Shown: one piece after another, positions 22,844 to 31,286 of the stretch | Position numbering within the stretch: the first letter of the stretch is position 1 | Layout: every line of letters begins with the position of its first letter | Assembly (NCBI GenBank): GCA_035504215.1 | Contig: DATJSI010000085.1 | Span: forward strand, 5,984 to 69,983 | Direction: 5' to 3' | Source of the DNA: Mycobacteriales bacterium | Lineage (GTDB): Bacteria > Actinomycetota > Actinomycetes > JAFAQI01 | DNA: 64,000 nt | The notes under the pieces: model-generated | The model's database searches: none | Told to the model about the DNA's origin: nothing | Seen by the model: only the letters and a program-made list of their open reading frames with translations | Translations under genes and position numbers: made by a program

Positions 22844-23008
22844 TCAGCGCTCGCAGGCCGCCGGCTCCGGATCGGCACGGCTGAGGCAGATCGGTTGCGG
22901 CGCGCCGTCGCAGCACGGCTCGTAGTACAGGCAGGCCGGGCAGCGGTTGTGGGCCTGCTCGGCGTACATCTGTTCACCGCAGTTGGGGCAGGGGAGCTCG
23001 AGCGCCAT
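22844..23008 (-). CDS. 54-aa cysteine-rich (double CxxC, zinc-ribbon-like) small protein
   Basis: ATG at 23008 inside track ORF 22844..23125: MALELPCPNCGEQMYAEQAHNRCPACLYYEPCCDGAPQPICLSRADPEPAACER. It has 8 Cys, including CPNC and CPAC. It is divergent from imuA' and shares the LexA-box intergenic region. Confidence 0.45.
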   Translation of the reverse strand: MALELPCPNCGEQMYAEQAHNRCPACLYYEPCCDGAPQPICLSRADPEPAACER

Positions 23009-23077
23009 CGCGCGATCGTAGGGTGAGCGCGGCGAGGATCCCGGCGGGCGCAGTCGCGACACGCGGGCTTGACCGGA

Positions 23078-23093
23078 TCGAACGTATGTTCGA
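23078..23093. promoter_or_regulatory. LexA (SOS) box, perfect actinobacterial consensus TCGAAC-N4-GTTCGA
   Basis: TCGAACGTATGTTCGA read directly at 23078-23093. It lies upstream of or overlapping the imuA' start and 70 nt upstream of the divergent Cys-rich ORF. Confidence 0.8.
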
Positions 23094-23844
23094 GACTCGG
23101 GGTGTGATCGACGCCCTGACCCCACTCACCGAAATCGTCGGGGCAGACCGTTCGCGGGTCCCGGCACTTCGGGTCAGCCCGGCCCTGGCTCCGGTGCTGC
23201 CGGACGGGTTGCGGCGAGGGAGCACGATCGCGGTCAGTGGCTCGGTGTCACTGCTGCTGGCCACCGTGGGAGCGGCTTCCGCCGACGGGGCGTGGTGCGC
23301 GCTGGTGGCCATGCCGACGATCAGTGCCGAGGCCGCCCGTGGCTTCGGCATCGAGCTGGCCCGGCTGCCGATGGTGCCGAGCCCCGGTCCGGACTGGGTC
23401 GCGGTGGTGGGCGCGCTGCTCGACGCGGTCGACGTGGTGGTCGCGCGGGTGCCGGACCGGCTGACCGACGGTGACATCCGGCGACTGGCCGCCCGGGTCC
23501 GGGCCAAGGGCGCGGTCTTCGTTCCCTACCGGGCAGCGGCGCGTCCGGCCGGAGCACCGGTGTGGCCGCACGCCGAACTGTCACTACGGGCCGAGGCTGC
23601 GGACTGGGACGGGATCGGGACCGGGTACGGCCGGCTGCGGCGGCGCCGGGTGACGGTGTGCGCGGACGGTCGAGGTCGTCCGCGCTCGACCGGCCTGTGG
23701 TTGCCGGCCGCAACCGGCGGGACCGAGCCGGTCGTCGCTGCGGTTGTCGAGCCGGTTGTCGAGCCGGTGCCGTTCGCCGGCCCGCCGATCGTCGTGGCCG
23801 AGCCGCCGGTCGAACGCGGGTCGCGGCTCGTGGCGGTTCGCTGA
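23086..23844 (+). CDS. imuA': ImuA' (mutasome accessory protein, RecA-fold-like)
   Basis: Track ORF 23023..23844. Sequence ...LPDGLRRGSTIAVSGSVSLLLATVGAASADGAWCALVAMPTISAEAARGFGIELARL...VVVARVP..., and position directly upstream of imuB. The start is ambiguous: ATG 23086 inside the LexA box, or GTG 23104. Confidence 0.75.
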   Translation: MFETRGVIDALTPLTEIVGADRSRVPALRVSPALAPVLPDGLRRGSTIAVSGSVSLLLATVGAASADGAWCALVAMPTISAEAARGFGIELARLPMVPSPGPDWVAVVGALLDAVDVVVARVPDRLTDGDIRRLAARVRAKGAVFVPYRAAARPAGAPVWPHAELSLRAEAADWDGIGTGYGRLRRRRVTVCADGRGRPRSTGLWLPAATGGTEPVVAAVVEPVVEPVPFAGPPIVVAEPPVERGSRLVAVR

Positions 23845-23856
23845 AGTGGCGACACC

Positions 23857-25434
23857 ATGACCGGTACGCCGCCGCGCCTGGCCACCCTGTGGTGCCCGGA
23901 CTGGCCGGTGACCACGGCCCGGATGACCGGCGACGTTCCCGGCGACGCGGCGGTCGCGGTGGTCACGGCCAACCAGGTCCTCGCCTGCTCGGCGGTCGCC
24001 CGTGGATCCGGCGTACGACGGGGGATGCGCCGGCGTGAGGCCCAAGCCCGCTGCCCCGAGCTGGTAGTGGTCGCGCGCGACGAGCCGGCCGAGGCGCGCT
24101 GCTTCGAGCCGGTGATCGCCGCGGTGGAGGCGGTGGTGCCGGCGGTCGAGGTGATGCGGCCGGGCCTGGTCTCGGTCGGAGTCCGTGGGCCGATCCGGCG
24201 CTTCGCGGGCGAGCCGGAGCTGGTCGACTCGCTGTGGCAGGCAGTGGGCTGGCTGGCCGAGGACGATGCCCGGATCGGCATCGCGGACGGAGCGTTCGCG
24301 GCCGAGCAGGCCGCCCGGCGCGGGGTCATCGTGCCGGCCGGTGGGTCGGCGGAGTTCCTGGCCGATTTCCCGATCGCCACACTGAGCGCGTTCGGCAACG
24401 CCGAGCTGGTGGATCTGTTGCAACGGCTGGGGATTCACACCCTCGGTGAGTTCGCCACCCTGCCGGCGCGGGATGTCCTGATGCGGTTCGGGCCGGCCGG
24501 CGCGTGGGCGCACCGGCAGGCCGGCGGGCGGGACGACCGGCCGATCGTCGTGCGGGAGCCGCCGGCCGAGTGCACCGTGACGGTGGAGCTCGACACCCCG
24601 GTGGACCGGGTCGACGTGGTCGCGTTCAGCGCCCGCAGTGCGGCCGAGCGGTTCATCGCCGATCTCGGCGCCCGTGGCCTGTCATGTGCGTGCTTCGAGC
24701 TCGAGGCGTTCACCGACAACGGCGAGACGATGGCGCGGCGATGGCGGCATCCCGGCGTGCTCACCGCGCCCGACGTCGTCGACCGGATCCGCTGGCAGCT
24801 CGAGGGCTGGCTGCACGGTGGGACCGGCGCCGGTGGGCAGTGCCCGACCGCGGGGATCACCCGGCTGCGGTTCGTCCCGGTCGAGACCGTGCCGACCGGC
24901 GCCCATCAGCAGGCGCTGTGGGGCGGTCCGGGCGAGGCCGGCGAGCGTGCGCACCGGGCGCTCGCCCGGGTGCAGACCATGCTGGGGCTCGGCTCGGTGG
25001 TGGTGCCCTCGGTCGAGGGTGGGCGTGGCCCGATCGACCGGACCCGGCTGGTGCCGTGGGGCGAGGACCGCCCGCCCGACCGCGAGCCGGACCGGCCGTG
25101 GCCGGGACGGCTGCCGGCTCCCGCACCGTCGGTGCTGATCGACCCACCGGCGTCGGTCGCCGTACTCGACGAGGTGGGGCAGCCGGTGGTGGTCACCGAG
25201 CGCGGCGGGCTGGTCCGCCCGCCGGCGCGGATCGGTCTCGGCGGCCAGCCCGCAGTGGCCGTGACGTCCTGGGCCGGTCCGTGGCCGGTCGACGAGCGGT
25301 GGTGGGACCCCGAGCAGTCCAGCCGGGTGGCCCGGTTACAGCTGGTCGACGTTCGCGGCCGCGCCTACCTCGTCGCCGGCGAGATGCGCCGTACCGATCG
25401 TCCGGTCTGGACGCTGGAAGGCGTCTACGACTGA
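23857..25434 (+). CDS. imuB: ImuB (catalytically inactive Y-family polymerase-like mutasome subunit)
   Basis: 525 aa: MTGTPPRLATLWCPDWPVTTAR...AVVTANQVLACSAVARGSGVRRGMRRREAQARCPELVVV... This is a typical ImuB N-terminus; ATG at 23857. Confidence 0.85.
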   Translation: MTGTPPRLATLWCPDWPVTTARMTGDVPGDAAVAVVTANQVLACSAVARGSGVRRGMRRREAQARCPELVVVARDEPAEARCFEPVIAAVEAVVPAVEVMRPGLVSVGVRGPIRRFAGEPELVDSLWQAVGWLAEDDARIGIADGAFAAEQAARRGVIVPAGGSAEFLADFPIATLSAFGNAELVDLLQRLGIHTLGEFATLPARDVLMRFGPAGAWAHRQAGGRDDRPIVVREPPAECTVTVELDTPVDRVDVVAFSARSAAERFIADLGARGLSCACFELEAFTDNGETMARRWRHPGVLTAPDVVDRIRWQLEGWLHGGTGAGGQCPTAGITRLRFVPVETVPTGAHQQALWGGPGEAGERAHRALARVQTMLGLGSVVVPSVEGGRGPIDRTRLVPWGEDRPPDREPDRPWPGRLPAPAPSVLIDPPASVAVLDEVGQPVVVTERGGLVRPPARIGLGGQPAVAVTSWAGPWPVDERWWDPEQSSRVARLQLVDVRGRAYLVAGEMRRTDRPVWTLEGVYD

Positions 25435-25619
25435 GGTGCGCGGCGTCGCATCGAGTGATCGGCGAGACGAAGCGGACGACACCGTTCACGCATCCGCCAG
25501 AACGCCGACCTCGACCCGAGTTCAGCGAGTGCACGGAGGCCATGGTCGGGTAATGGACCGGGCTACCGCACCGGCTCCCTGTGGAAACGGCGAAGGGCTG
25601 TCTCTGGGCTGAGCTATAG

Positions 25620-25635
25620 TCGAACATGTGTTCGA
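25620..25635. promoter_or_regulatory. LexA (SOS) box, perfect consensus, preceded by TATAGT -10-like hexamer
   Basis: TCGAACATGTGTTCGA at 25620-25635. TATAGT at 25615-25620 overlaps the first base of the box. The GTG start of the DUF222 ORF (25628) lies inside the box. Confidence 0.8.
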
Positions 25636-26998
25636 ACTCGGGTTGGCGGGGCCGCCGGCGGATTGGGAACCGATCCCGGCCGAGGTCTGGGCCGAGCTGG
25701 GTCCGCCGTCCGCGGAGGGGTTGCCGGACGGGGTGAGTGCGGAGTGGGTGGACTCGTGTGACCGGCTGGTGGATCGGGCGGTGGCGGCGGGTCCGGGTCC
25801 GGCCTCGTTGGCATGGTTGACCGCGGTCCCGGCCGAGGTGCTTTCCGAGACCGCGCGCAGTGTGGCGTTGCGGGAGCTGACCGCGCTGGGCGGGTTCGTC
25901 GAGGCGGCACGGGCGGAGCTGACCGCGGTGATCGCCGGCCCGCTGCCAACGACGCAAGCGGAGGTGGATGAGCAGTCGTTCGCCGCCCACGAGGTTGCGG
26001 TCGCGACCACCAGCAGCGTGTATGCGGCGGATCGGCTGATCGGGTTGTCCCGGGACCTGGCGACGGTGTTGCGGGCTTCCCGGGAGGCGATGCGGGCGGG
26101 CCGTCTCACGCTTGCGCAGGCGCGGGTGTTGCACGACGCGACCTACCAGCTGCCGGCCGAGATTGCCCGCAAGGTGGAGGCCCGGGTGCTCCCGCGCGCG
26201 CACGGCCAGTCCACCGCCCGGTTCCGGGCAGGTGTGCGCCGGGCGGTCGCGGCGCTGGACCCTGCCTTCGCCGCCAGGGCGAAAGCGGCCCGGGCCGAGG
26301 TGCGGGTCTGTCATGAGCTCGGTGACGACGGGACCGGTGAGCTGTATGTGCGGGGCCCGTTGGAAATCACCACCGAGATCCACATGGCATTGACTGCCTA
26401 CGCCGCGAAAACCGCAGACACCCTCGGCGGGACCGCTGATCAGCGCAAGCTCGCCGGACTTCGCGACATGGCGGAGACCTACCTGGGCGAACCCGGCGTG
26501 CCGCGCCGGCACGGCCGGATTCCGACCGTGAACGTCGTGATCGAGCTGCCCACCCTGCTCGGGCTCAACGCGCACCCGGCCGAGATCCCCGGGATCGGGC
26601 CGCTACCCGCCGAGGCAGCGCTGTGGCTGCTCGCCGACGGCGCGCCGTTGCGCCGGCTGGTCACCGACCCGCTCACCGGGCACCTGCTCGACTACGGCAC
26701 CAGCACCTACACCGTGCCGCCCGCGCTCGCCGACCAGCTGATCGCCCGCTACATCCACTCCGCCGGTCCGCACAGCACGGTCGATGCGTCCCTGACCGAC
26801 ATGGAACACAACATCCCGCACGATGCCCGCGGCCCGACCGACCCGTGGAACAACACCCCGGTCGACCGGCGCTGGCACAACGCGAAAACCCACGGCGACT
26901 GGACGTATACGAAGGACGAGAACGGCGTCATCACCTGGACCAGTCCCACCGGACTCACCGTCCGCATCGAACCCCACGACTATCGGTTAGGGCCCTAG
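25628..26998 (+). CDS. DUF222 / HNH-endonuclease-like protein (REP13E12-type family), cysteine-less HNH region
   Basis: 456 aa with DUF222-like N-terminal and middle regions. C-terminus ...LTDMEHNIPHDARGPTDPWNNTPVDRRWHNAKTHGDWTYTKDENGVITWTSPTGLTVRIEP matches the family's D-x-D-H...N...H-x-x-K...W-T-S-P-T-G layout but contains no Cys. Confidence 0.8.
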   Translation: MFELGLAGPPADWEPIPAEVWAELGPPSAEGLPDGVSAEWVDSCDRLVDRAVAAGPGPASLAWLTAVPAEVLSETARSVALRELTALGGFVEAARAELTAVIAGPLPTTQAEVDEQSFAAHEVAVATTSSVYAADRLIGLSRDLATVLRASREAMRAGRLTLAQARVLHDATYQLPAEIARKVEARVLPRAHGQSTARFRAGVRRAVAALDPAFAARAKAARAEVRVCHELGDDGTGELYVRGPLEITTEIHMALTAYAAKTADTLGGTADQRKLAGLRDMAETYLGEPGVPRRHGRIPTVNVVIELPTLLGLNAHPAEIPGIGPLPAEAALWLLADGAPLRRLVTDPLTGHLLDYGTSTYTVPPALADQLIARYIHSAGPHSTVDASLTDMEHNIPHDARGPTDPWNNTPVDRRWHNAKTHGDWTYTKDENGVITWTSPTGLTVRIEPHDYRLGP

Positions 26999-27001
26999 GC
27001 A

Positions 27002-30000
27002 GTGGGCTGGGAAAACCCGCCGATGCCGTGGCGGGAGCTCGAGCGCAAGCTTTCCGGCCGACCGCCGCCGAAGGGAAAGTCGGGTAAGTCAGGGGAGCTG
27101 CACGGCGACGGCGGCGACTCGGTGGCTTGGTCACGGCACCGCCCGGCGTACGAACCGGTGCCGCTGGTGCGCCCCGACAAACCCGTGCCGTATGCCGAGC
27201 TGCACGCGCACTCCTCGTTCAGCCACCTCGACGGCGCGAGCCTGCCCGAAGAGCTGGTCGAAGAAGCCGTGCGGCTCGGGCTGTCCGGGCTGGCCGTGAC
27301 CGACCACAACGGGATGTACGGCGTGGTCCGCTTCGCCGAGGCCGCACAGAGCTTCGGTCTGGCGACCATCCATGGCGCCGAGCTCTCCTTGGACCTGCCG
27401 ATGCCACGGACGACCACGCAGCGGGCGGTCGGGGCTCGGTCGTCGATGGCCGATCCACCCGGCCGGCACCTGCTCGTGCTCGCCCGCGAACCGATCGGCT
27501 ACGCCCGGCTGTGCCGGGCAATCAGCGCGGCCCAGCGTCGTGGCGGGGCAAAGGGTCATCCGGTCTATGACCTCGACGAGCTCACCGAGCTCGCCGGCGG
27601 GCACTGGCTGGTGCTGACCGGTTGCCGCAAGGGGCCGGTGCGGGCCGCGCTGGAAGCGGGAGAGCCCGGCTGCCTCGCGGTCGATGCGGCGCGCGCCGCG
27701 TTAGCGGAGCTGGTCGAGCGGTTCGGTCGCGACAACGTCGTGGTCGAGCTCGGCTACGCCCGAGATCCCCTGGCCGACGAGCGCTACGACGTACTGGCCG
27801 AACTCGCCGCGGCCGAGCAGCTACCGATCGTCGCGACCACCGCGGCGCACTACCACGGTCCGGCGCGCCGCCCGCTCGCGACCGCAATGGCCGCGGTCCG
27901 CGCCCGGCGCAGCCTTGCCGAGCTCGACGGCTGGCTGCCCGCTTGGGCCGACCAGATGCTGCGGACCGGCGCCGAGATGGCCGAGCGGTTCGCGCGGTGG
28001 CCGGGCGCGGTCGAGATGGCGGCGCGGCTCGGTGCCGAGCTGGCCTTTCCGATCCAGCTGATCGCCCCGCAGCTACCGCCGTTCCCGGTGCCACCCGGAT
28101 ATGACGAGATGAGCTACCTGCGCGAGCTGACGATGCGCGGCGCGACCACGCGCTACGGCCCGCGTGGCCCGGACACCGAGAAGGCCTACGCCCAGATCGA
28201 GCACGAGCTGACGGTGATCGGGGAGCTGAACTTCCCCGGCTACTTCCTGGTCGTGTGGGACATCGTGCGGTTCGCGCGCGAGAACGGCATCCTCTGCCAG
28301 GGCAGGGGCTCGGCGGCCTGCTCCGCGGTCTGTTACGCGCTCGGGATCACCGCGGTCGACGCCGTCCGCTATGAGTTGCTGTTCGAGCGTTTCCTCGCCG
28401 CTGAGCGCGGCGAGCCGCCGGACATCGACGTCGACATCGAGTCCGGCCGGCGCGAGGAGGTCATCCAGTACGTCTACGACCTGCACGGCCGCGATCATGC
28501 CGCGCAGGTCGCCAACGTCATCACCTACCGGCCGCGCTCGGCTCTGCGCGACGTTGCGAAGGCGCTGGGCTACTCCACCGGGCAGCAGGACGCGTGGAGC
28601 AAGCTGATCGAGCACGGCTTTGACATGGCGGGGATCACCGCGCCGGACGACACCCCGGTGCCGGCGACGGTGCTCGAGCTGGCCGCGGAGCTGCGTGACG
28701 CACCGCGGCACCTGGGCATCCACTCCGGCGGCATGGTGATCTGCGACCGGCCGATCATCGAGGTCTGCCCGGTCGAGTGGGGCCGGATGCCGAACCGCAC
28801 CGTGCTGCAGTGGGACAAGGACGACTGCGCGGCGATCGGGTTGGTGAAGTTCGACCTGCTCGGCCTCGGCATGCTCTCCGCGCTGCGTTACTCCTTCGAG
28901 CTGATCGCGGACTGGCACGGTACGTCGTACGACCTCGCGTCCATCCCCAAAGAAGCACCGTGCGTCTACGACATGGTGTGCAAGGCCGACACGGTCGGGG
29001 TGTTCCAGATCGAGTCCCGGGCGCAGATGGCGACCTTGCCGCGGTTACGCCCGCGCTGCTTCTACGACCTGGTGATCGAGGTCGCGCTGATCCGGCCCGG
29101 GCCGATCCAGGGCGACTCGGTGCACCCCTATATCCGTCGCCGGCACGGCCAGGAAGCCGTGACCTACCCGCACCCCTCGCTCGAGGGTGCGCTCGGGCGC
29201 ACGCTCGGCATCCCGCTGTTCCAGGAGCAGCTCATGCAGGTCGCGGTCGCGGCCGCCGACTTCACCCCGGCCGAGGCCGACCAGCTGCGTCGCGCGATGG
29301 GGTCGAAGCGGTCGGACGCGCGGATCGACGCGTTGCGCCAGCGGTTGTACGACGGGATGGCCGCCAACGGCATCACCGGGATCGCCGCGGATGAGATCTT
29401 CGAGAAGATCCGTGCGTTCGCCTCCTTCGGTTTCGCGGAGAGCCACGCGATCTCCTTCGCGCTGCTGGTCTACGCCTCGTCCTGGCTGAAGCTGCACTAC
29501 CCGGCGGCGTTCTGCGCGGCGTTGCTCAACGCCCAGCCGATGGGCTTCTACTCGCCGCAGTCGCTGGTCGCCGACGCGCGCCGGCACGGGGTCGAGACCC
29601 GCAAGCCGGACATCAACATCTCGCGGGCGACCGCCACGCTGGAGGCCGGCGACGGCCGGTCGCAGTGTGCGTGTCTCGACGCGCCTCAGCCGGCGGTCCG
29701 GCTCGGACTGTCCAGCGTCCGGACGATCGGTGACGACCTGGCTGAGCGAATCGTTGCCGAGCGCGACGCAGCCGGGCCGTTCACCTCGATGGCCGACCTG
29801 GCCCATCGGATCGGCCTGTCGAGCGACCAGGTCGAGGCGCTCGCGACAGCGGGAGCGTTCGACGGCTTCGGGGTCGCGCGTCGCGATGCGCTGTGGACCG
29901 CCGGCGCGGCGGCTGCGGTACGCCCCGGTCAGTTCGACCTGGTCGCGGTCGACGAGACCGCCGTACCGGACCTTCCTGACATGACCGAGCCGGAACAGAT

Positions 30001-30394
30001 GATCGCCGACCTGTGGGCCACCGGCGTCACGACCGAGCAGTACCCCACCGCGCTGGTCCGCGACCGGCTGGACCGGATGGGGATCATCACCGCAGCCGGT
30101 CTGCGTGGGATCCCGGACCACACCCGGGTGCGGGTCGGGGGAGTGGTCACGCATCGCCAGCGGCCGGCCACTGCCCGCGGGGTGACCTTCGTCAACCTCG
30201 AGGACGAGACCGGGATGGTCAACGTCATCTGTTCGATGCAGGTCTGGGCAAAGTACCGAAAGGTCGCCCGTGGGAGTGCCGCGTTAGTGGTCCGCGGGAT
30301 GCTTCAGCACTCAGAAGGCGTGGTCAACGTCATGGCCGAGCGCATCGAGCCGCTCCAGCTCGGCGTCCGGCCCGCTGCTCGCAACTTCCGTTGA
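27002..30394 (+). CDS. dnaE2: error-prone DNA polymerase III alpha-like subunit DnaE2
   Basis: 1130 aa. The N-terminus MGWENPPMPWRELERKLSGRPP... resembles the mycobacterial DnaE2 N-terminus. PHP motif PYAELHAHSSFSHLDGAS. GTG at 27002 is 3 nt after the DUF222 stop. Confidence 0.95.
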   Translation: MGWENPPMPWRELERKLSGRPPPKGKSGKSGELHGDGGDSVAWSRHRPAYEPVPLVRPDKPVPYAELHAHSSFSHLDGASLPEELVEEAVRLGLSGLAVTDHNGMYGVVRFAEAAQSFGLATIHGAELSLDLPMPRTTTQRAVGARSSMADPPGRHLLVLAREPIGYARLCRAISAAQRRGGAKGHPVYDLDELTELAGGHWLVLTGCRKGPVRAALEAGEPGCLAVDAARAALAELVERFGRDNVVVELGYARDPLADERYDVLAELAAAEQLPIVATTAAHYHGPARRPLATAMAAVRARRSLAELDGWLPAWADQMLRTGAEMAERFARWPGAVEMAARLGAELAFPIQLIAPQLPPFPVPPGYDEMSYLRELTMRGATTRYGPRGPDTEKAYAQIEHELTVIGELNFPGYFLVVWDIVRFARENGILCQGRGSAACSAVCYALGITAVDAVRYELLFERFLAAERGEPPDIDVDIESGRREEVIQYVYDLHGRDHAAQVANVITYRPRSALRDVAKALGYSTGQQDAWSKLIEHGFDMAGITAPDDTPVPATVLELAAELRDAPRHLGIHSGGMVICDRPIIEVCPVEWGRMPNRTVLQWDKDDCAAIGLVKFDLLGLGMLSALRYSFELIADWHGTSYDLASIPKEAPCVYDMVCKADTVGVFQIESRAQMATLPRLRPRCFYDLVIEVALIRPGPIQGDSVHPYIRRRHGQEAVTYPHPSLEGALGRTLGIPLFQEQLMQVAVAAADFTPAEADQLRRAMGSKRSDARIDALRQRLYDGMAANGITGIAADEIFEKIRAFASFGFAESHAISFALLVYASSWLKLHYPAAFCAALLNAQPMGFYSPQSLVADARRHGVETRKPDINISRATATLEAGDGRSQCACLDAPQPAVRLGLSSVRTIGDDLAERIVAERDAAGPFTSMADLAHRIGLSSDQVEALATAGAFDGFGVARRDALWTAGAAAAVRPGQFDLVAVDETAVPDLPDMTEPEQMIADLWATGVTTEQYPTALVRDRLDRMGIITAAGLRGIPDHTRVRVGGVVTHRQRPATARGVTFVNLEDETGMVNVICSMQVWAKYRKVARGSAALVVRGMLQHSEGVVNVMAERIEPLQLGVRPAARNFR

Positions 30395-31273
30395 GCCGTT
30401 GCCGGTGCGCTGCCAGGGTTGCGTCACGGCCAGCCAGACCAGGAAGACCGCACCCAACACCGAGACCAGCGTCCAGCCGAGCGCGTCGGTGCCGAGCCCG
30501 ACGTACTTCAGCCCCGAGGCGAAGATCACGAAGGTGATCGCCGGCCGGATGTAGCGGTCAGGTGCCCGCGAGGACAGCACCGAGCCGACCAGTACGGCGG
30601 GGACGCTGCCGATGATCAGCGAGGTCGTGACCGCGAACTCGACGTGGCCGAACGCGAGCGCGCCCAGCGCAGCGGCGGTCGTCAGCGGGAGCGCCTGGGT
30701 GAGGTCCGTGCCCACCAGCTGGTTGGCGCCGAGCATCGGGTAGAGGAACAGCAGCAGCACGATCATCAACGAACCCGAGCCGACCGAGGTCATGCCGACG
30801 ACCAGCCCACCGATCATGCCGATCAGGACGGTGCGCGCCGGGTGGACGATGATGTCGCTCACCACGCCTTGGCGCTGCTGACCCGACCGCCGGTCGAGCA
30901 CGAAGCGCAGCACCATCGCGGCGGCGCCGACGAGCAGCGCGGCTCCGAGGATGCGCTCGATGTTCGTCTGGGCGTTGGACGAGTTGCCGAGCTCGTGCAG
31001 GATGAACGCGCCCAGAAACGCCATCGGCACCGAGCCGCTCGACATCAGCGCGACCAGCTTCATGTTGACGGTGCCCTTGCGGTAGTGCACCGCGGCACCC
31101 AGCGGTCGCATGACGACCGCAGCCACCAGGTCGCTCGAGATCGCCTTGAGCGGCTCGACGTTGAACAGCAAGATCAGCATCGGCGTCATGAGCGCGCCGC
31201 CGCCGGCGCCGGTCATGCCCACCAGCAGGCCGACGATGGCACTGCCCAGCACGATGTACGGGTCGACGTGCAT
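30311..31273 (-). CDS. sulfite exporter TauE/SafE family membrane protein
   Basis: ATG at 31273 inside track ORF 30311..31321: MHVDPYIVLGSAIVGLLVGMTGAGGGALMTPMLILLFNVEPLKAISSDL... The non-hydrophobic C-terminal tail overlaps the dnaE2 3' end by 84 nt. Confidence 0.8.
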   Translation of the reverse strand: MHVDPYIVLGSAIVGLLVGMTGAGGGALMTPMLILLFNVEPLKAISSDLVAAVVMRPLGAAVHYRKGTVNMKLVALMSSGSVPMAFLGAFILHELGNSSNAQTNIERILGAALLVGAAAMVLRFVLDRRSGQQRQGVVSDIIVHPARTVLIGMIGGLVVGMTSVGSGSLMIVLLLFLYPMLGANQLVGTDLTQALPLTTAAALGALAFGHVEFAVTTSLIIGSVPAVLVGSVLSSRAPDRYIRPAITFVIFASGLKYVGLGTDALGWTLVSVLGAVFLVWLAVTQPWQRTGNGSTEVASSGPDAELERLDALGHDVDHAF

Positions 31274-31286
31274 CTCGCCTCGCAGA

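Noticed and set aside
27002-27025. An alternative dnaE2 start at ATG 27023 (MPWRELERKL…), which would open a 24-nt spacer after the DUF222 gene.
   Set aside because: The GTG-27002 N-terminus MGWENPPMPWRELERKLSG resembles the conserved mycobacterial DnaE2 N-terminus (MGW.NGPP.W.E.ER.L.G, from memory). The upstream start is therefore retained, and the 3-nt spacing stands.
30311-30394. 84-nt convergent overlap of the tauE-like gene tail with the dnaE2 3' end. There is a similar 99-nt overlap of the DUF5317 gene tail with the HTH-TOBE gene at 41212..41310.
   Set aside because: In both cases the overlapping part of the minus-strand protein is a hydrophilic tail after the last TM helix, with no recognisable motif. 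It is most likely passive read-through to the first available stop in GC-rich DNA, not a functional feature.
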